DNA of 63,723 nucleotides, the filler included. It is 5 parts of 5 records of this genome, joined end to end, with 100 filler letters (N's around TTAATTAATTAA, not from the genome) between each part and the next. Parts side by side here need not be neighbours in the genome. Positions count along the whole stretch, not along the records: positions 1 to 17,828 come from DRR378314_373; positions 17,929 to 32,415 come from DRR378314_374; 3 more parts are not named here. One strand, written 5' to 3'. The position numbers and the translations under genes are program-made. The notes beneath the pieces are model-generated. The model saw nothing but the letters and a program-made list of their open reading frames with translations. It made no database searches and was not told where the DNA came from. Numbering within the stretch: position 1 is the first letter of the stretch; every line of letters starts with the position of its first letter. Positions 10,694 to 20,257 of the stretch are shown here, one piece after another.

Positions 10694-11071
10694 TTACTCA
10701 GCCAGTTGGCAAAAGGCGCAGATCTTGTTGCCATCCGGATCGCGCAGATAGGCGCCATAGGCCTTGCCCGGCGCATTCGGGCGGAGTCCCGGCGCGCCCT
10801 CATCCGTGCCACCCGCCTCAATACCTGCCTTGTGGAAGGCGTCGACTTCTTCCGCAGACTGCGCCCGGAAACCGATGGTCAGGCCGTTCGCGCAGGTCGC
10901 ATCCTTTCCATCGGCGGGCCGGGCTACGATGAGCATCAGGCCATCCTTTGAAAAGTAGGCCCGGTCGTCTGGCGACACCGTCGCAGTTACGCCAACCGCG
11001 CCGAGCGCCGCCTGATAGAACGCAATGGAGGCCTTGGGGTTGGTGGCCCCCATCATGATGTGAGTGAGCAT
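10694..11071 (-). CDS. VOC/glyoxalase family protein
   Basis: HIMMG, NGLTIGF and AYLRDPDGNKICA. Confidence 0.92.
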   Translation of the reverse strand: MLTHIMMGATNPKASIAFYQAALGAVGVTATVSPDDRAYFSKDGLMLIVARPADGKDATCANGLTIGFRAQSAEEVDAFHKAGIEAGGTDEGAPGLRPNAPGKAYGAYLRDPDGNKICAFCQLAE

Positions 11072-11187
11072 AAATCAGTTCCTGTCTTGCATGGCGCGCC
11101 AGGATACAGCGCGCGCAAATCTGCCCTAGGGAATCGAAAAGGGCGACGCAATCGCGCCGCCCTGAACCGTGTGTTTAGTTGACCGGC

Positions 11188-11565
11188 CTAGCCGCGCATC
11201 ATGGTGCAGATCTTGTTGCCGTCCGGGTCGCGCAGATAGGCAAGGTACAGCTTCATGCCATTCCCTTCGCGCCAGCCTGGCGGGTCTTCAATCGCCGTGC
11301 CGCCAGCCTCGATCCCGGCCTTGTGCCAGGCATCGGCCTGCTCGGTGCTGTCGACCGCAAATCCGATCGTACCGCCATTGGCATGGCAGGCAGGCTCGCC
11401 ATCAATCGGCGGTGTCACGAGGAACGTCCCGCCATTATGCAAATAGATCAGCCGCCCTTTCGGATCGACAATCGCCTCGCGCCCGCCCAGCGCCTTGAAC
11501 AGCGCATCATAGAATTTCTTCGATTTCTCAAGGTCGTTCGTGCCGACCATGACGTGACTGAACAT
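11188..11565 (-). CDS. VOC/glyoxalase family protein (tandem paralog)
   Basis: FSHVMVG, ANGGTIGF and AYLRDPDGNKIC. Confidence 0.92.
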   Translation of the reverse strand: MFSHVMVGTNDLEKSKKFYDALFKALGGREAIVDPKGRLIYLHNGGTFLVTPPIDGEPACHANGGTIGFAVDSTEQADAWHKAGIEAGGTAIEDPPGWREGNGMKLYLAYLRDPDGNKICTMMRG

Positions 11566-11643
11566 GTGTTTCCTCCTTATGGATGGGGAATTTGTGCCTC
11601 AGCCGCCGAAACAGCGCCAGAGGGATTTCGGCCTCCCCTCGCG

Positions 11644-12174
11644 TCAGCTAGCCATAGCCGCCGCCAGCAGCGGGCGTAAATGGCTCAAATAGTCTGCTTT
11701 GCCGATCGCCAGCCCTTCGGCCCGCAGGATGTCGTAGGCGGTGACGAGGTGGAAATAGAAATTCGGCGTCAACCATTCATCGATATAGTCCTGGCCGGTC
11801 ATGGAAAGCGTCGGCATGCCCGGCAATTCAAGCGGGGTCTTCGCCTCGGCGAAGCTTTCCTTTGTGTCGGCTTGCGCCTCGATCCGGGAAATCGTCTCGG
11901 CCACCAGCGCTTGCAGGTCCGCGAAGCTCGCCGTATCAACCTCGAACTCCTTCACGGGCGCGTCATTCAGCTTGCCCAGAAGCAATTCTGCCTGACGGCA
12001 TGCAAACCAGACCTGGTTGGGCAGCGGCAGCATGTCCTCGACCAGCCGGGCCGTCAGCAGGGCTGTCTTTTCCGGGTCCTCCGGAAACAGCTCCGCCTCG
12101 GCCCGGCCAAGGATGTTCTGCAGCGTGATCAGGCGCGTGCGGTAGATGTCGAGATTGCGTTTTACAATGGTCAT
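11644..12174 (-). CDS. DUF1993-family protein
   Basis: ARLVEDMLPLPNQV and PNFYFHLVTAYDILRAEGLAIGKADYL; likely start MTIVKR at 12174. Confidence 0.85.
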   Translation of the reverse strand: MTIVKRNLDIYRTRLITLQNILGRAEAELFPEDPEKTALLTARLVEDMLPLPNQVWFACRQAELLLGKLNDAPVKEFEVDTASFADLQALVAETISRIEAQADTKESFAEAKTPLELPGMPTLSMTGQDYIDEWLTPNFYFHLVTAYDILRAEGLAIGKADYLSHLRPLLAAAMAS

Positions 12175-12211
12175 GGATGGCTCCTTCCCGACCACTCTGG
12201 ACGTGACCGAC

Positions 12212-13321
12212 CTAGTCGTAAACCACCACGCTCCGAATGCTTTCGCCCGCATGCATCAGGTCAAACGCGTCATTGATCTTGTCCAGCTTCATGACGTGGG
12301 TGATCATCGGGTCGATCTGGATCTTGCCGTTCATGTACCAGTCGACAATCTTCGGCACATCCGTGCGCCCCTTCGCGCCGCCAAAGGCCGTGCCGCGCCA
12401 GTTGCGGCCCGTCACCAACTGGAACGGCCGTGTGCTGATTTCCTTGCCAGCCTCGGCCACACCGATGATGACGCTCGTGCCCCAGCCGCGATGGCAGCAT
12501 TCCAGTGCCTGACGCATCACATCCGTATTGCCGGTACAGTCAAAGGAATAATCCGCCCCGCCATCGGTCAGCTCCACAAGGTGCGCGACCACATCGGCGG
12601 TTTCCTTCGGGTTGACGAAATGCGTCATGCCGAACTTCTCGCCCCACTCTTTCTTCGAGTCATTGATGTCGACACCGACAATCATGTCCGCCCCGGCCAT
12701 CTTCGCGCCCTGGATCACGTTCAGCCCGATACCGCCGAGGCCAAACACGACGACATTGTCGCCAACCTGAACCTGCGCCGTGTTCACCACCGCGCCCACG
12801 CCCGTTGTCACGCCGCAGCCGACATAGCAGGCCTTGTCGAAGGGCGCGTCGGTGCGAATTTTCGCGACAGCGATTTCCGGTAGCACGGTAAAGTTCGAAA
12901 AGGTCGAACAGCCCATATAGTGATAGATCGGCTGGCCCTTGTAGCTGAACCGCGTCGTGCCATCCGGCATCAGGCCCTTGCCCTGCGTCGCGCGGATCGC
13001 CGTGCAGAGATTGGTCTTGCCGGAGAGACAGGATTTGCACTGGCGGCACTCCGGCGTGTAGAGCGGGATCACATGGTCACCCGGCTGCACACTCGTCACG
13101 CCCGCGCCGACTTCACGCACAATGCCCGCGCCCTCATGGCCCAGAACGCTTGGGAAGATGCCTTCGGAATCGAGCCCGTCCAGCGTGTAGGCATCCGTAT
13201 GACAAATGCCCGTCGCCATGATCTCGACCAGAACTTCACCCGCTTTCGGGCCTTCCAGATCGAGTTCGACGATTTCCAGCGGTTTCTTGGCTTCAAAGGC
13301 GACAGCAGCGCGCGTTTTCAT
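12212..13321 (-). CDS. frmA: S-(hydroxymethyl)glutathione dehydrogenase / class III ADH
   Basis: GICHTD, GHEGAG, CRQCKSC..TNLC and [19 protein letters not shown]. Confidence 0.97.
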   Translation of the reverse strand: MKTRAAVAFEAKKPLEIVELDLEGPKAGEVLVEIMATGICHTDAYTLDGLDSEGIFPSVLGHEGAGIVREVGAGVTSVQPGDHVIPLYTPECRQCKSCLSGKTNLCTAIRATQGKGLMPDGTTRFSYKGQPIYHYMGCSTFSNFTVLPEIAVAKIRTDAPFDKACYVGCGVTTGVGAVVNTAQVQVGDNVVVFGLGGIGLNVIQGAKMAGADMIVGVDINDSKKEWGEKFGMTHFVNPKETADVVAHLVELTDGGADYSFDCTGNTDVMRQALECCHRGWGTSVIIGVAEAGKEISTRPFQLVTGRNWRGTAFGGAKGRTDVPKIVDWYMNGKIQIDPMITHVMKLDKINDAFDLMHAGESIRSVVVYD

Positions 13322-13414
13322 GAGGGAACTCCATTCAGTTTGCCTGCCATACTACTCTTGCGAATTCAGCGATAAAGTAGGTAATTCGAAATTCATTGTT
13401 GCAGGATTGGGATA

Positions 13415-14311
13415 ATGCGTGCGAGCTGGGATGGAATCGAGGAATTCGTGGCCGTGGCTACCTGTATGGGCTTCAAGCCTGCGGCCCAGATGCTGAATGT
13501 GTCGACGTCTCATGTCAGCCGCGCGGTCACCAAACTCGAAAACGCCATCGGCGCACCCCTGCTCTATCGCACGACGCGGAAAGTTTCCCTGACAGATACG
13601 GGCCGCACTGTGCTCAGCCAGTGTGAAGCGCTGATCCGCGCGCGCGACGAATTATTCGCAGTCGTGGGCGGAAACACCGAGCCTCAGGGCGAACTCAAGA
13701 TCACTTGCTCGACCTCGCTTGGCGAGCGCTACATCTCGCCCATCGTCCGGCAATTCTGTCAGGACTATCCAAAAGTTGAGATCACACTGGATTTGTCGAA
13801 TCGACTGGTAGACCTGATCGCCGAGGGATTTGACCTTGCCATCCGAACTGGCCAGTTGGAAGATTCCCGCCTGATCAGCTCTCGCGTGGCAAGGCGGCAA
13901 TTCCTGGTCTGCGCTGCCCCGGCCTATCTTGCCGCCAATGGCACGCCGGACCGGCTGGATGATTTGAAGTCCCACAATTGCATCATCGGCTCATCCAGCA
14001 GCTGGCGGTTCCGGCACGGCGGCCAGCATGAAACGATCCGCCCACGGGGAAATCTGAAATGCAATTCCGGCGCGTCCGTGCTGGATGCGTTGCTGGCAGG
14101 CGCGGGTATCGGCCAGCTGCCGCTCTTCTATGTTGCGCCGCATCTCGAAAGCGGTGAGTTGGTGGAATTGTTCGCAGACCTCCGCCCGGAGCCCGAACCC
14201 ATCTGGGCCGTGTACCCGCAGGCCAGACACCTTCAGCCCAAGGTACATTTGCTAGTTGATCGAATCCGCGCCGAGCTACAGGCGAGTTTTGAAACCGGCG
14301 GCACTCAGTAG
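13415..14311 (+). CDS. LysR-type regulator, divergent from frmA
   Basis: N-terminal HTH ending LLYRTTRKVSLTD, and VDLIAEGFDLAIR. Confidence 0.95.
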   Translation: MRASWDGIEEFVAVATCMGFKPAAQMLNVSTSHVSRAVTKLENAIGAPLLYRTTRKVSLTDTGRTVLSQCEALIRARDELFAVVGGNTEPQGELKITCSTSLGERYISPIVRQFCQDYPKVEITLDLSNRLVDLIAEGFDLAIRTGQLEDSRLISSRVARRQFLVCAAPAYLAANGTPDRLDDLKSHNCIIGSSSSWRFRHGGQHETIRPRGNLKCNSGASVLDALLAGAGIGQLPLFYVAPHLESGELVELFADLRPEPEPIWAVYPQARHLQPKVHLLVDRIRAELQASFETGGTQ

Positions 14312-14315
14312 GCGA

Positions 14316-15104
14316 TCAGGAACACGCGCTGGCATGGGCTTCAAATTCGCCCATGCGGGACAGTTTCGGCCCGTCACTATGCATGTCACACCGATCCACA
14401 CTGACATTCCCGTCTTCCAGCCGCACCAGATTGAAGGATGGCGGCTCAGCTCGCAGGCGCACAGACAATGTGCCTGACGATACGGCGAGATAACATCCAT
14501 TTGCGCGCTGACGCAGCGTGACGGATGGTGTGTGGACGTGCCCTGTCAGCAACATTTGAACATGGCTCGCCGCAACCTTGTCAGAGGCGCGCCTGCCCCG
14601 ACGTGTGCGCGTGCGCAAGGGCGCGGCCGGCAGAGAATGGAACGGATGATGACAGGCAATCATCTTCAGCGTGGCATCAGATTCAGCCGCGCGAATAATC
14701 GCCTCATCCAGATCATCCAGATTGACCGTCCCCTCGGCCCAGTTGCGCCGCACCTGCCAGCCACGCGCAGTGTTGAGCCCAACCGCGATCGCTTCGCCGG
14801 CCTCTGCCACATCGAACAAGTCGCTGAACAGGCTCTTGAACCGCTTGAACGGTTCAGCCGCGCGAGCAGCGAGATTGAACATGGGTGTATCATGGTTTCC
14901 GGGCACGACCAGCTTTGGCAGATCGAATTGATCAAGCCAGGTCGCCGCAGCTTCAAATTCAGAACGCTTTCCCCGCTGGGTCAAATCCCCACACAGGACC
15001 AGCATGTCAGGCCCCGCCTCTTCGATACAGGCCGCGGCTTCGGCAATGGCCCGATCATCTTCGGCGCCGAAGTGAACGTCGGAAATCTGTGCAATCAGGG
15101 TCAT
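14316..15104 (-). CDS. Metallophosphoesterase (calcineurin-like)
   Basis: SDVHFG, GDLTQ, PGNHD, CHHP and GHVH. Confidence 0.92.
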   Translation of the reverse strand: MTLIAQISDVHFGAEDDRAIAEAAACIEEAGPDMLVLCGDLTQRGKRSEFEAAATWLDQFDLPKLVVPGNHDTPMFNLAARAAEPFKRFKSLFSDLFDVAEAGEAIAVGLNTARGWQVRRNWAEGTVNLDDLDEAIIRAAESDATLKMIACHHPFHSLPAAPLRTRTRRGRRASDKVAASHVQMLLTGHVHTPSVTLRQRANGCYLAVSSGTLSVRLRAEPPSFNLVRLEDGNVSVDRCDMHSDGPKLSRMGEFEAHASACS

Positions 15105-15979
15105 TGGGACAGATCAGGCACGAAAATCTTGACCGCAGAATCCACACGCTGGAACTGAACCGGGGACGCCATTTCACTCAGCTCCCCATCCAGCGTCAGG
15201 CTGATGCGGTCCTTCTCGGAATTGGCGACCTCGATTTGATCCGCCAACAGAAGATCAACGTCCTCGGCATTCCGCCAGCCATCTACCAGCATTTCGATGC
15301 CAATCTTCGCCAGTCCGAGCAGACCTTCCGGGTCGACGCTCGCAACTTCCAGCTTGCCCGGCGTGTCAGCATTGATGTTCACCGTCACGGCAGTCGATTT
15401 GCGCAGGGTTTGTCCCGGCACCTTCCAATGCAGGTTTGAGCGCAGAGCCAGCGCCGAAGAATCATGCACAATCTCCGCCGCTTCCATCAGATTGCCTTCG
15501 CGCAGCGCTTCGCGGGTCTGGGTGAAGCGTGTCATGTCGCCCATCATCGCGGCCACGAAAAAGCGCGGACCGCCGACAATCTCTCCGCAGGGCATCGGCC
15601 TGACACGTCCGCCCTTCAGGGCCGCGTCCATGAGCGTTTCCCAATCATAATCGCCGCCCAGTGCGCGGGTCGGCAGCATGTTCATAGTTCCACCCGGCAA
15701 GGGCAGGATGGCCGGACCTGTCATGCCGGCATGCGACAGGGCGCAGGCGATTGTCCCGTCTCCCCCCCAGACGATCAGCGTGTCCGGGTCGTCGGCCAGG
15801 GCGTCTTCTACAAGCATCGGCAGATCGCCCTCCCCGGCCACATGGAGTTTTGCTTCATCCGGCAGGCCGGAAAGCTTGGCGCGGATCAGGTCTGCCGCGT
15901 CTGCGGGCGTACTGCCCGATTGCGGGTTGATCACACACGAAACGCGGCCCAGCCGCGAGAGAGTATCTGTTGGAACCAT
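15101..15979 (-). CDS. Diacylglycerol/lipid kinase family protein
   Basis: INPQSG, GGDGT, PGGTMN and LDGE. Confidence 0.9.
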   Translation of the reverse strand: MVPTDTLSRLGRVSCVINPQSGSTPADAADLIRAKLSGLPDEAKLHVAGEGDLPMLVEDALADDPDTLIVWGGDGTIACALSHAGMTGPAILPLPGGTMNMLPTRALGGDYDWETLMDAALKGGRVRPMPCGEIVGGPRFFVAAMMGDMTRFTQTREALREGNLMEAAEIVHDSSALALRSNLHWKVPGQTLRKSTAVTVNINADTPGKLEVASVDPEGLLGLAKIGIEMLVDGWRNAEDVDLLLADQIEVANSEKDRISLTLDGELSEMASPVQFQRVDSAVKIFVPDLSQ

Positions 15980-16064
15980 GCGCTATAAACGCTCGACACG
16001 AGAAATTTGTTCCGCGCGCCCGCGCGCCTCTCGCCCTGACGGAAAAGCCCGCTATAAGGGCGCG

Positions 16065-16898
16065 ATGACTGATCTATCCCCTTCCGATTCGATGCGTGTC
16101 GCCGTGGCCGGAGTGGCAGGCCGCATGGGCCGCCAGCTGGTTGGCGCGGCGCTGGACGCTGGCCTCACCGTAACAGGCGGCAGCGAGGCCCCGGCGTCTG
16201 AATTCCTGGGCAGTGACATTGGCGAGCTTGCCGGGCGTCGCCTGCTGGACCTGAGACCCGCAACCGATCCGGTGGCTGCGGCCAGCAATGCGGATGTCTG
16301 GATCGATTTCACACGCCCTGCCGCGACGCTGGCGGCGCTCGATTCCCTGAAACACACCAGTGTCCGCGCCGTCATTATCGGCACAACCGGCTTTTCCGAC
16401 GAAGAAGAGGCGGAAATCGCGGACGCGGCCAAGACGCTGTCCATCGTGAAGGCGGGCAATTTCTCTGTCGGCATCAATTTGCTGCAGGCGCTCACCCGTA
16501 TGGCCGCCGAACGGCTCGGGCCGGGCTGGGACATCGAAGTCCTGGAAACCCATCACCGCCGCAAGGTGGACGCGCCCTCTGGCACGGCGTTGATGGTAGG
16601 TGAAGCGGCCGCAGCCGGTCGCGGCAAACCGCTGTCGGAATTACGCGCCGCGCCCTATGACGGCCCTGATGCCAAGCGCCGCGCGGGCAGTATCGGCTTC
16701 GCCGTTCGCCGCTCTGGCGGGGTTATCGGCGAGCATGAGGTGAGTTTTGCCTCCGACATGGAAATCCTGTCGCTCAGCCATACTGCCATTGATCGCGCCG
16801 TGTTCGCACATGGCGCATTGGGCGCTGCAGCATGGGCCCTGCGCCAGGATGCCGGCCTTTACGACATGGACGATGTGCTGGGGCTTTCGGGCAACTAG
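16065..16898 (+). CDS. dapB: 4-hydroxy-tetrahydrodipicolinate reductase
   Basis: GVAGRMG, IDFT, GTTG and ETHHRRKVDAPSGTA; start MTDLS at 16065. Confidence 0.96.
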   Translation: MTDLSPSDSMRVAVAGVAGRMGRQLVGAALDAGLTVTGGSEAPASEFLGSDIGELAGRRLLDLRPATDPVAAASNADVWIDFTRPAATLAALDSLKHTSVRAVIIGTTGFSDEEEAEIADAAKTLSIVKAGNFSVGINLLQALTRMAAERLGPGWDIEVLETHHRRKVDAPSGTALMVGEAAAAGRGKPLSELRAAPYDGPDAKRRAGSIGFAVRRSGGVIGEHEVSFASDMEILSLSHTAIDRAVFAHGALGAAAWALRQDAGLYDMDDVLGLSGN

Positions 16899-16996
16899 AT
16901 GGGCTACCCAGTCGCCCAGCAGCTGAATCAGGGTTGACGCTCCTGTTCGCAGTGGCAGCATGACAAGTTCGTAAAGTTTAATAGCCGGAAACGCCC

Positions 16997-17401
16997 ATGA
17001 TCGGAATTGTGGTTGTCAGCCACGGAAAGCTTGCCCGCGAACTCGTCGCCGCGACAGAGCATGTTGTCGGCGAACAGGACCGATTCCGTTCGATCTCCAT
17101 AGAGGTCGAGGACGATATCGAAGCGCGCCGCGACCAGATCCGCGAAACGGCGAAATCCTGCGACAATGGCAAGGGCGTCATCATCCTGACCGACATGTTC
17201 GGCGGCACGCCGTCAAATCTCGCAATGTCGGTGATGAATACCGGCAATGTTGAAGTGCTCTCCGGCGTCAACCTACCCATGCTGATCAAGCTGGCGGAAG
17301 TGCGCGGAGACCTCTCCCTGAAAGACGCCGCCAAGGTTGCGGCAGAGGCCGGGCGGAAATACATCAATATCGCTTCTGAACTTCTCACAAAGTCGAATTG
17401 A
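16997..17401 (+). CDS. PTS EIIA component, mannose/fructose type (ManX-like)
   Basis: IVVVSHG, LTDMFGGTPSN and GVNLPMLIK. Confidence 0.93.
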   Translation: MIGIVVVSHGKLARELVAATEHVVGEQDRFRSISIEVEDDIEARRDQIRETAKSCDNGKGVIILTDMFGGTPSNLAMSVMNTGNVEVLSGVNLPMLIKLAEVRGDLSLKDAAKVAAEAGRKYINIASELLTKSN

Positions 17402-17709
17402 TGCCCGACACCGAAACCGTCACCGCCAGCCAGCGCGCCACCATCGTCAACCGCAAGGGCCTGCACGCCCGCGCCTCCGCGCGCCTGTCACGCCTCGCGG
17501 GGGAATTCGAATCCCGCATCATCGTCTCGCATGAGGGCGAAACGGCGGATGCCCGTTCAATCATGGACCTGATGATGCTGGTCGCACATACGGGCTGCGA
17601 AGTGGAAATCAACGCCGAAGGCCCTGACGCCGCCGAGGCCGTCACCGCCATCGCCAGCCTTATCGCCGACGGCTTCGGCGAACAGGGCGAAGCCGACACG
17701 ATCTGCTGA
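17401..17709 (+). CDS. HPr phosphocarrier protein
   Basis: NRKGLHARAS and ARSIMDLMML. Confidence 0.93.
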   Translation: MPDTETVTASQRATIVNRKGLHARASARLSRLAGEFESRIIVSHEGETADARSIMDLMMLVAHTGCEVEINAEGPDAAEAVTAIASLIADGFGEQGEADTIC

Positions 17710-17754
17710 GGCACCTCCCCCCTTCCAACGCCCGCAAATCATCCCTATATTGGT

Positions 17755-17828
17755 CCTGTCTTCGGACTATGGCGATAAACGCGCGTGTAATAAGCGGTTC
17801 GGACCCGGGGGCGGTACCCGGCGGCTCC
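17755..17828 (+). ncRNA. ssrA: tmRNA acceptor piece (two-piece permuted alphaproteobacterial ssrA), truncated by contig end
   Basis: GGACCCGGGGGCGGTACCCGGCGGCTCC is the alphaproteobacterial tmRNA T-arm/acceptor strand, lacking the terminal ACCA. A TATATT -10-like box lies just upstream. The 5' boundary is approximate. Confidence 0.8.
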
Positions 17829-17928
17829 NNNNNNNNNNNNNNNNNNNNNNNNNNNNNNNNNNNNNNNNNNNNTTAATTAATTAANNNNNNNNNNNNNNNN
17901 NNNNNNNNNNNNNNNNNNNNNNNNNNNN
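17829..17928. other. Artificial contig spacer
   Basis: N-run, TTAATTAATTAA (stops in all frames), N-run. Confidence 0.99.
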
Positions 17929-17932
17929 CACC

Positions 17933-17958
17933 CTTTCGCGGGCGGGGCCCGCTCCCAC
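17933..17958 (-). repeat. REP-like extragenic palindrome, copy 1
   Basis: Reverse complement is GTGGGAGCGGGCCCCGCCCGCGAAAG, with a GTRG foot and hairpin. Related copies lie at 32390-32415 and 63698-63723. Confidence 0.8.
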
Positions 17959-17983
17959 CAGAACCGCCCACAAAGCAAAAGTG

Positions 17984-18044
17984 TTGACAGAGCTTTCACG
18001 GTTGGGGAACACTGCCGGTTACTACGTACGAACATTCGTTCGTA
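17984..18044 (+). promoter_or_regulatory. Sigma70-like promoter with palindromic operator (putative TetR site)
   Basis: TTGACA at 17984, AACACT at 18008 (weak -10), and a perfect inverted repeat TACGAAC-attc-GTTCGTA at 18027-18044. Confidence 0.65.
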
Positions 18045-18077
18045 ATGCACAAAACAGAATAACAAGGGAGAGCAACC

Positions 18078-20216
18078 ATGCACGTTTTGATCGTGGGCGC
18101 CGGCATCGCCGGCCTGACCGCCGCCATCGCGCTTCGCCACAAGGGCATCGACGCGACCATCATTGAGCAGGCCCCGCAGCTTTCCGAGATCGGCGCCGGC
18201 ATTCAGATCGCCAGCAACGGCTCGGTGGTGCTGCGCGAGCTCGGTCTGGAGCAGGCCGTGGCGGCCAAGTCGGTAATCCCGAAGTCGTTCGACATGCGTG
18301 ATATCCGCAACGGCAAGCTGCTGTACGTGTCGCCGCTGGGCGAGGAAGGCGCGCAGCGCTGGGGCGCGCCGCTGTACAACATCCACCGCGCCGACCTGAT
18401 CGAGATTCTCGCCGACGCCCTGCCCTCCGAGTCGGTGCGGCTCGGGGTGCACTGCACCGGCTTCACCCAGGATGACAAGGGCGTCACCGTGCATGTGGAA
18501 GACGGCGACGACCTGCACGGCCATGTGCTGATCGCCGCCGACGGCATCCACTCGGTGATCCGCAAGCAGTTGTTCGGCGAGGACGACGTGCACTTCTCCA
18601 ACATCCTGATGTGGCGGGCGCTGATTCCCGCCGAGAAGCTGGAAGGCATCGATCTGGATGAGCGCGGTAACTACTGGTTCGGCCCCGGCCGCACCCTGAT
18701 CACCTACTGGATCCGCCCCAAGAACCTCTACAGCATCCTCGCCTCGGTGCCCTCCGGCGAGGTGCACCGCGAGTCCTGGACCGAGAGCGGCGACATCGAC
18801 GAACTGCGCGCCTCCTTCGCCGACCTGGAGCCGCGCGCCCAGGCGATGATGGATCAGATCGACACCGCGTTCTTGACCGGCATGTTCTACCGCGACCCCA
18901 TCGACCGCTGGACCGACCGCCGCGTGACACTGATGGGCGACGCCGCCCACCCGATGGTGCCGTTCCTGGCCCAGGGCGCCTGCCAGGGCATCGAGGACGC
19001 CTGGGTGCTGGCGACCATGCTGGAGCACTACGGCGAAGACAATCTGGAAACCGCGCTGGAAGAGTACGAACAGCGCCGCCGCCCGCGCACCACCCGGGTT
19101 CAGTCCGGCGCCCGCGCCATGGTTAAGCTGGTGCACGAGTCCGAGCCGGAGCGCATCAAGGCGCGCAACGGCCGCTGGAAAGGCATGCAGCACATCGACC
19201 CGATGACCGAGGCCACCTGGGCGTTTGTCTGGGATTACAACGTGCTGGAGGAGGTGAAGCGCCCGGCCGGTGAGGTGCAGGGCCTGTCCGCCACCCGCGA
19301 AGACAAGAAGATGGAACGCCCTGAGAGCCAGCGCGCCTTCGATATGTGGAAGTCCGCGTTCACCGCCGAGGACGTGGCGCGCGGCCACGACGGCATGCGC
19401 GAAGGCTACGACCGCTTCCTGACCACCCACTTCCCGGCGCCGGACGACCTGTCCGTGGAGAACGCCGAGCTGGGCGGCGTGGAAGCGCTGCGCGTGCGCG
19501 CCGCCGGCGCCACCGCCGCCGACAACCGCACCACCGTGCTGCACTTCCACGGCGGCGGCTACATGCTCGGCTCCGCCAAGGGGTCGGTGGAGTACGCCGG
19601 CCGGCTGGCCAGGGCGGTGGGCGGCGACTGCGTCACCGTGGACTACCGGCTGGCCCCGGAAAACCCCTACCCGGCGGCGCTGGACGACGCGGTGGACGCC
19701 TACCGCGGGCTGGTCAACAGCGGCGTGGCCCCGTCGCGGATTCTGCTCAGCGGCGAGTCCTCCGGCGCCGGCCTGGCACTGGCCCTGGCGCTCACCCTGA
19801 AGATGGCCGGTGACAAACAGCCCGCCGGCATCATCGCCATCTGCCCGTTCGCCGACCTCACCCTGTCCGGCGCCAGCATCAAGGAGTTCGCCGGCCAGGA
19901 CCCGGCGGCCAACCGCGACACCCTGGCGTTCATGGCGGCCTCCTACTTCCAGGAGCACGAGCCCCGCGACCCGCTGGTGTCACCGCTGTTCGGCGACCTC
20001 AAGGGCCTGCCGCCGCTGTTCCTGTCCGCGGTGGAGGGCGAGTCCCTGTACAGCGACAGCAGCCGCCTGCTGGAACGCGCCCGGGAAGCGGACGTGGACG
20101 TGACCATGGTGCCGGTGAAGGACTCGGTGCACGTCTACGCCCTGTTCCCGTTCCTGCCGGAAACCACCGAAACCCTCAATGAAATCAGCCGCTGGGCGCG
20201 CCGCGTCACCGGCTGA
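18078..20216 (+). CDS. FAD-dependent aromatic hydroxylase-like monooxygenase fused to an HSL-family alpha/beta hydrolase
   Basis: N-terminal GAGIAG, AADGIHS and GDAAHPMVPFLAQGACQGIED; C-terminal HGGGY, DYRLAPENPYPAA, GESSG and SVHVY, all in one 712-aa frame. Confidence 0.9.
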   Translation: MHVLIVGAGIAGLTAAIALRHKGIDATIIEQAPQLSEIGAGIQIASNGSVVLRELGLEQAVAAKSVIPKSFDMRDIRNGKLLYVSPLGEEGAQRWGAPLYNIHRADLIEILADALPSESVRLGVHCTGFTQDDKGVTVHVEDGDDLHGHVLIAADGIHSVIRKQLFGEDDVHFSNILMWRALIPAEKLEGIDLDERGNYWFGPGRTLITYWIRPKNLYSILASVPSGEVHRESWTESGDIDELRASFADLEPRAQAMMDQIDTAFLTGMFYRDPIDRWTDRRVTLMGDAAHPMVPFLAQGACQGIEDAWVLATMLEHYGEDNLETALEEYEQRRRPRTTRVQSGARAMVKLVHESEPERIKARNGRWKGMQHIDPMTEATWAFVWDYNVLEEVKRPAGEVQGLSATREDKKMERPESQRAFDMWKSAFTAEDVARGHDGMREGYDRFLTTHFPAPDDLSVENAELGGVEALRVRAAGATAADNRTTVLHFHGGGYMLGSAKGSVEYAGRLARAVGGDCVTVDYRLAPENPYPAALDDAVDAYRGLVNSGVAPSRILLSGESSGAGLALALALTLKMAGDKQPAGIIAICPFADLTLSGASIKEFAGQDPAANRDTLAFMAASYFQEHEPRDPLVSPLFGDLKGLPPLFLSAVEGESLYSDSSRLLERAREADVDVTMVPVKDSVHVYALFPFLPETTETLNEISRWARRVTG

Positions 20217-20257
20217 ACCAAACGATCAGAACCACAACAACAAAACGAGGACGCATC

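Noticed and set aside
17829-17928. TTAATTAATTAA palindrome within N-runs (also at 32416, 43003 and 55937)
   Set aside because: It is an artificial linker. Adjacency across it has no biological meaning, so no cross-contig operon or bacteria-eukaryote transfer is claimed.
17877-19958. Long antisense ORFs (693 aa here; also 7455-9176, 24920-26380, 57825-59255 and 61568-63253)
   Set aside because: These are shadow frames of high-GC genes with no motifs, lying opposite well-supported CDSs.
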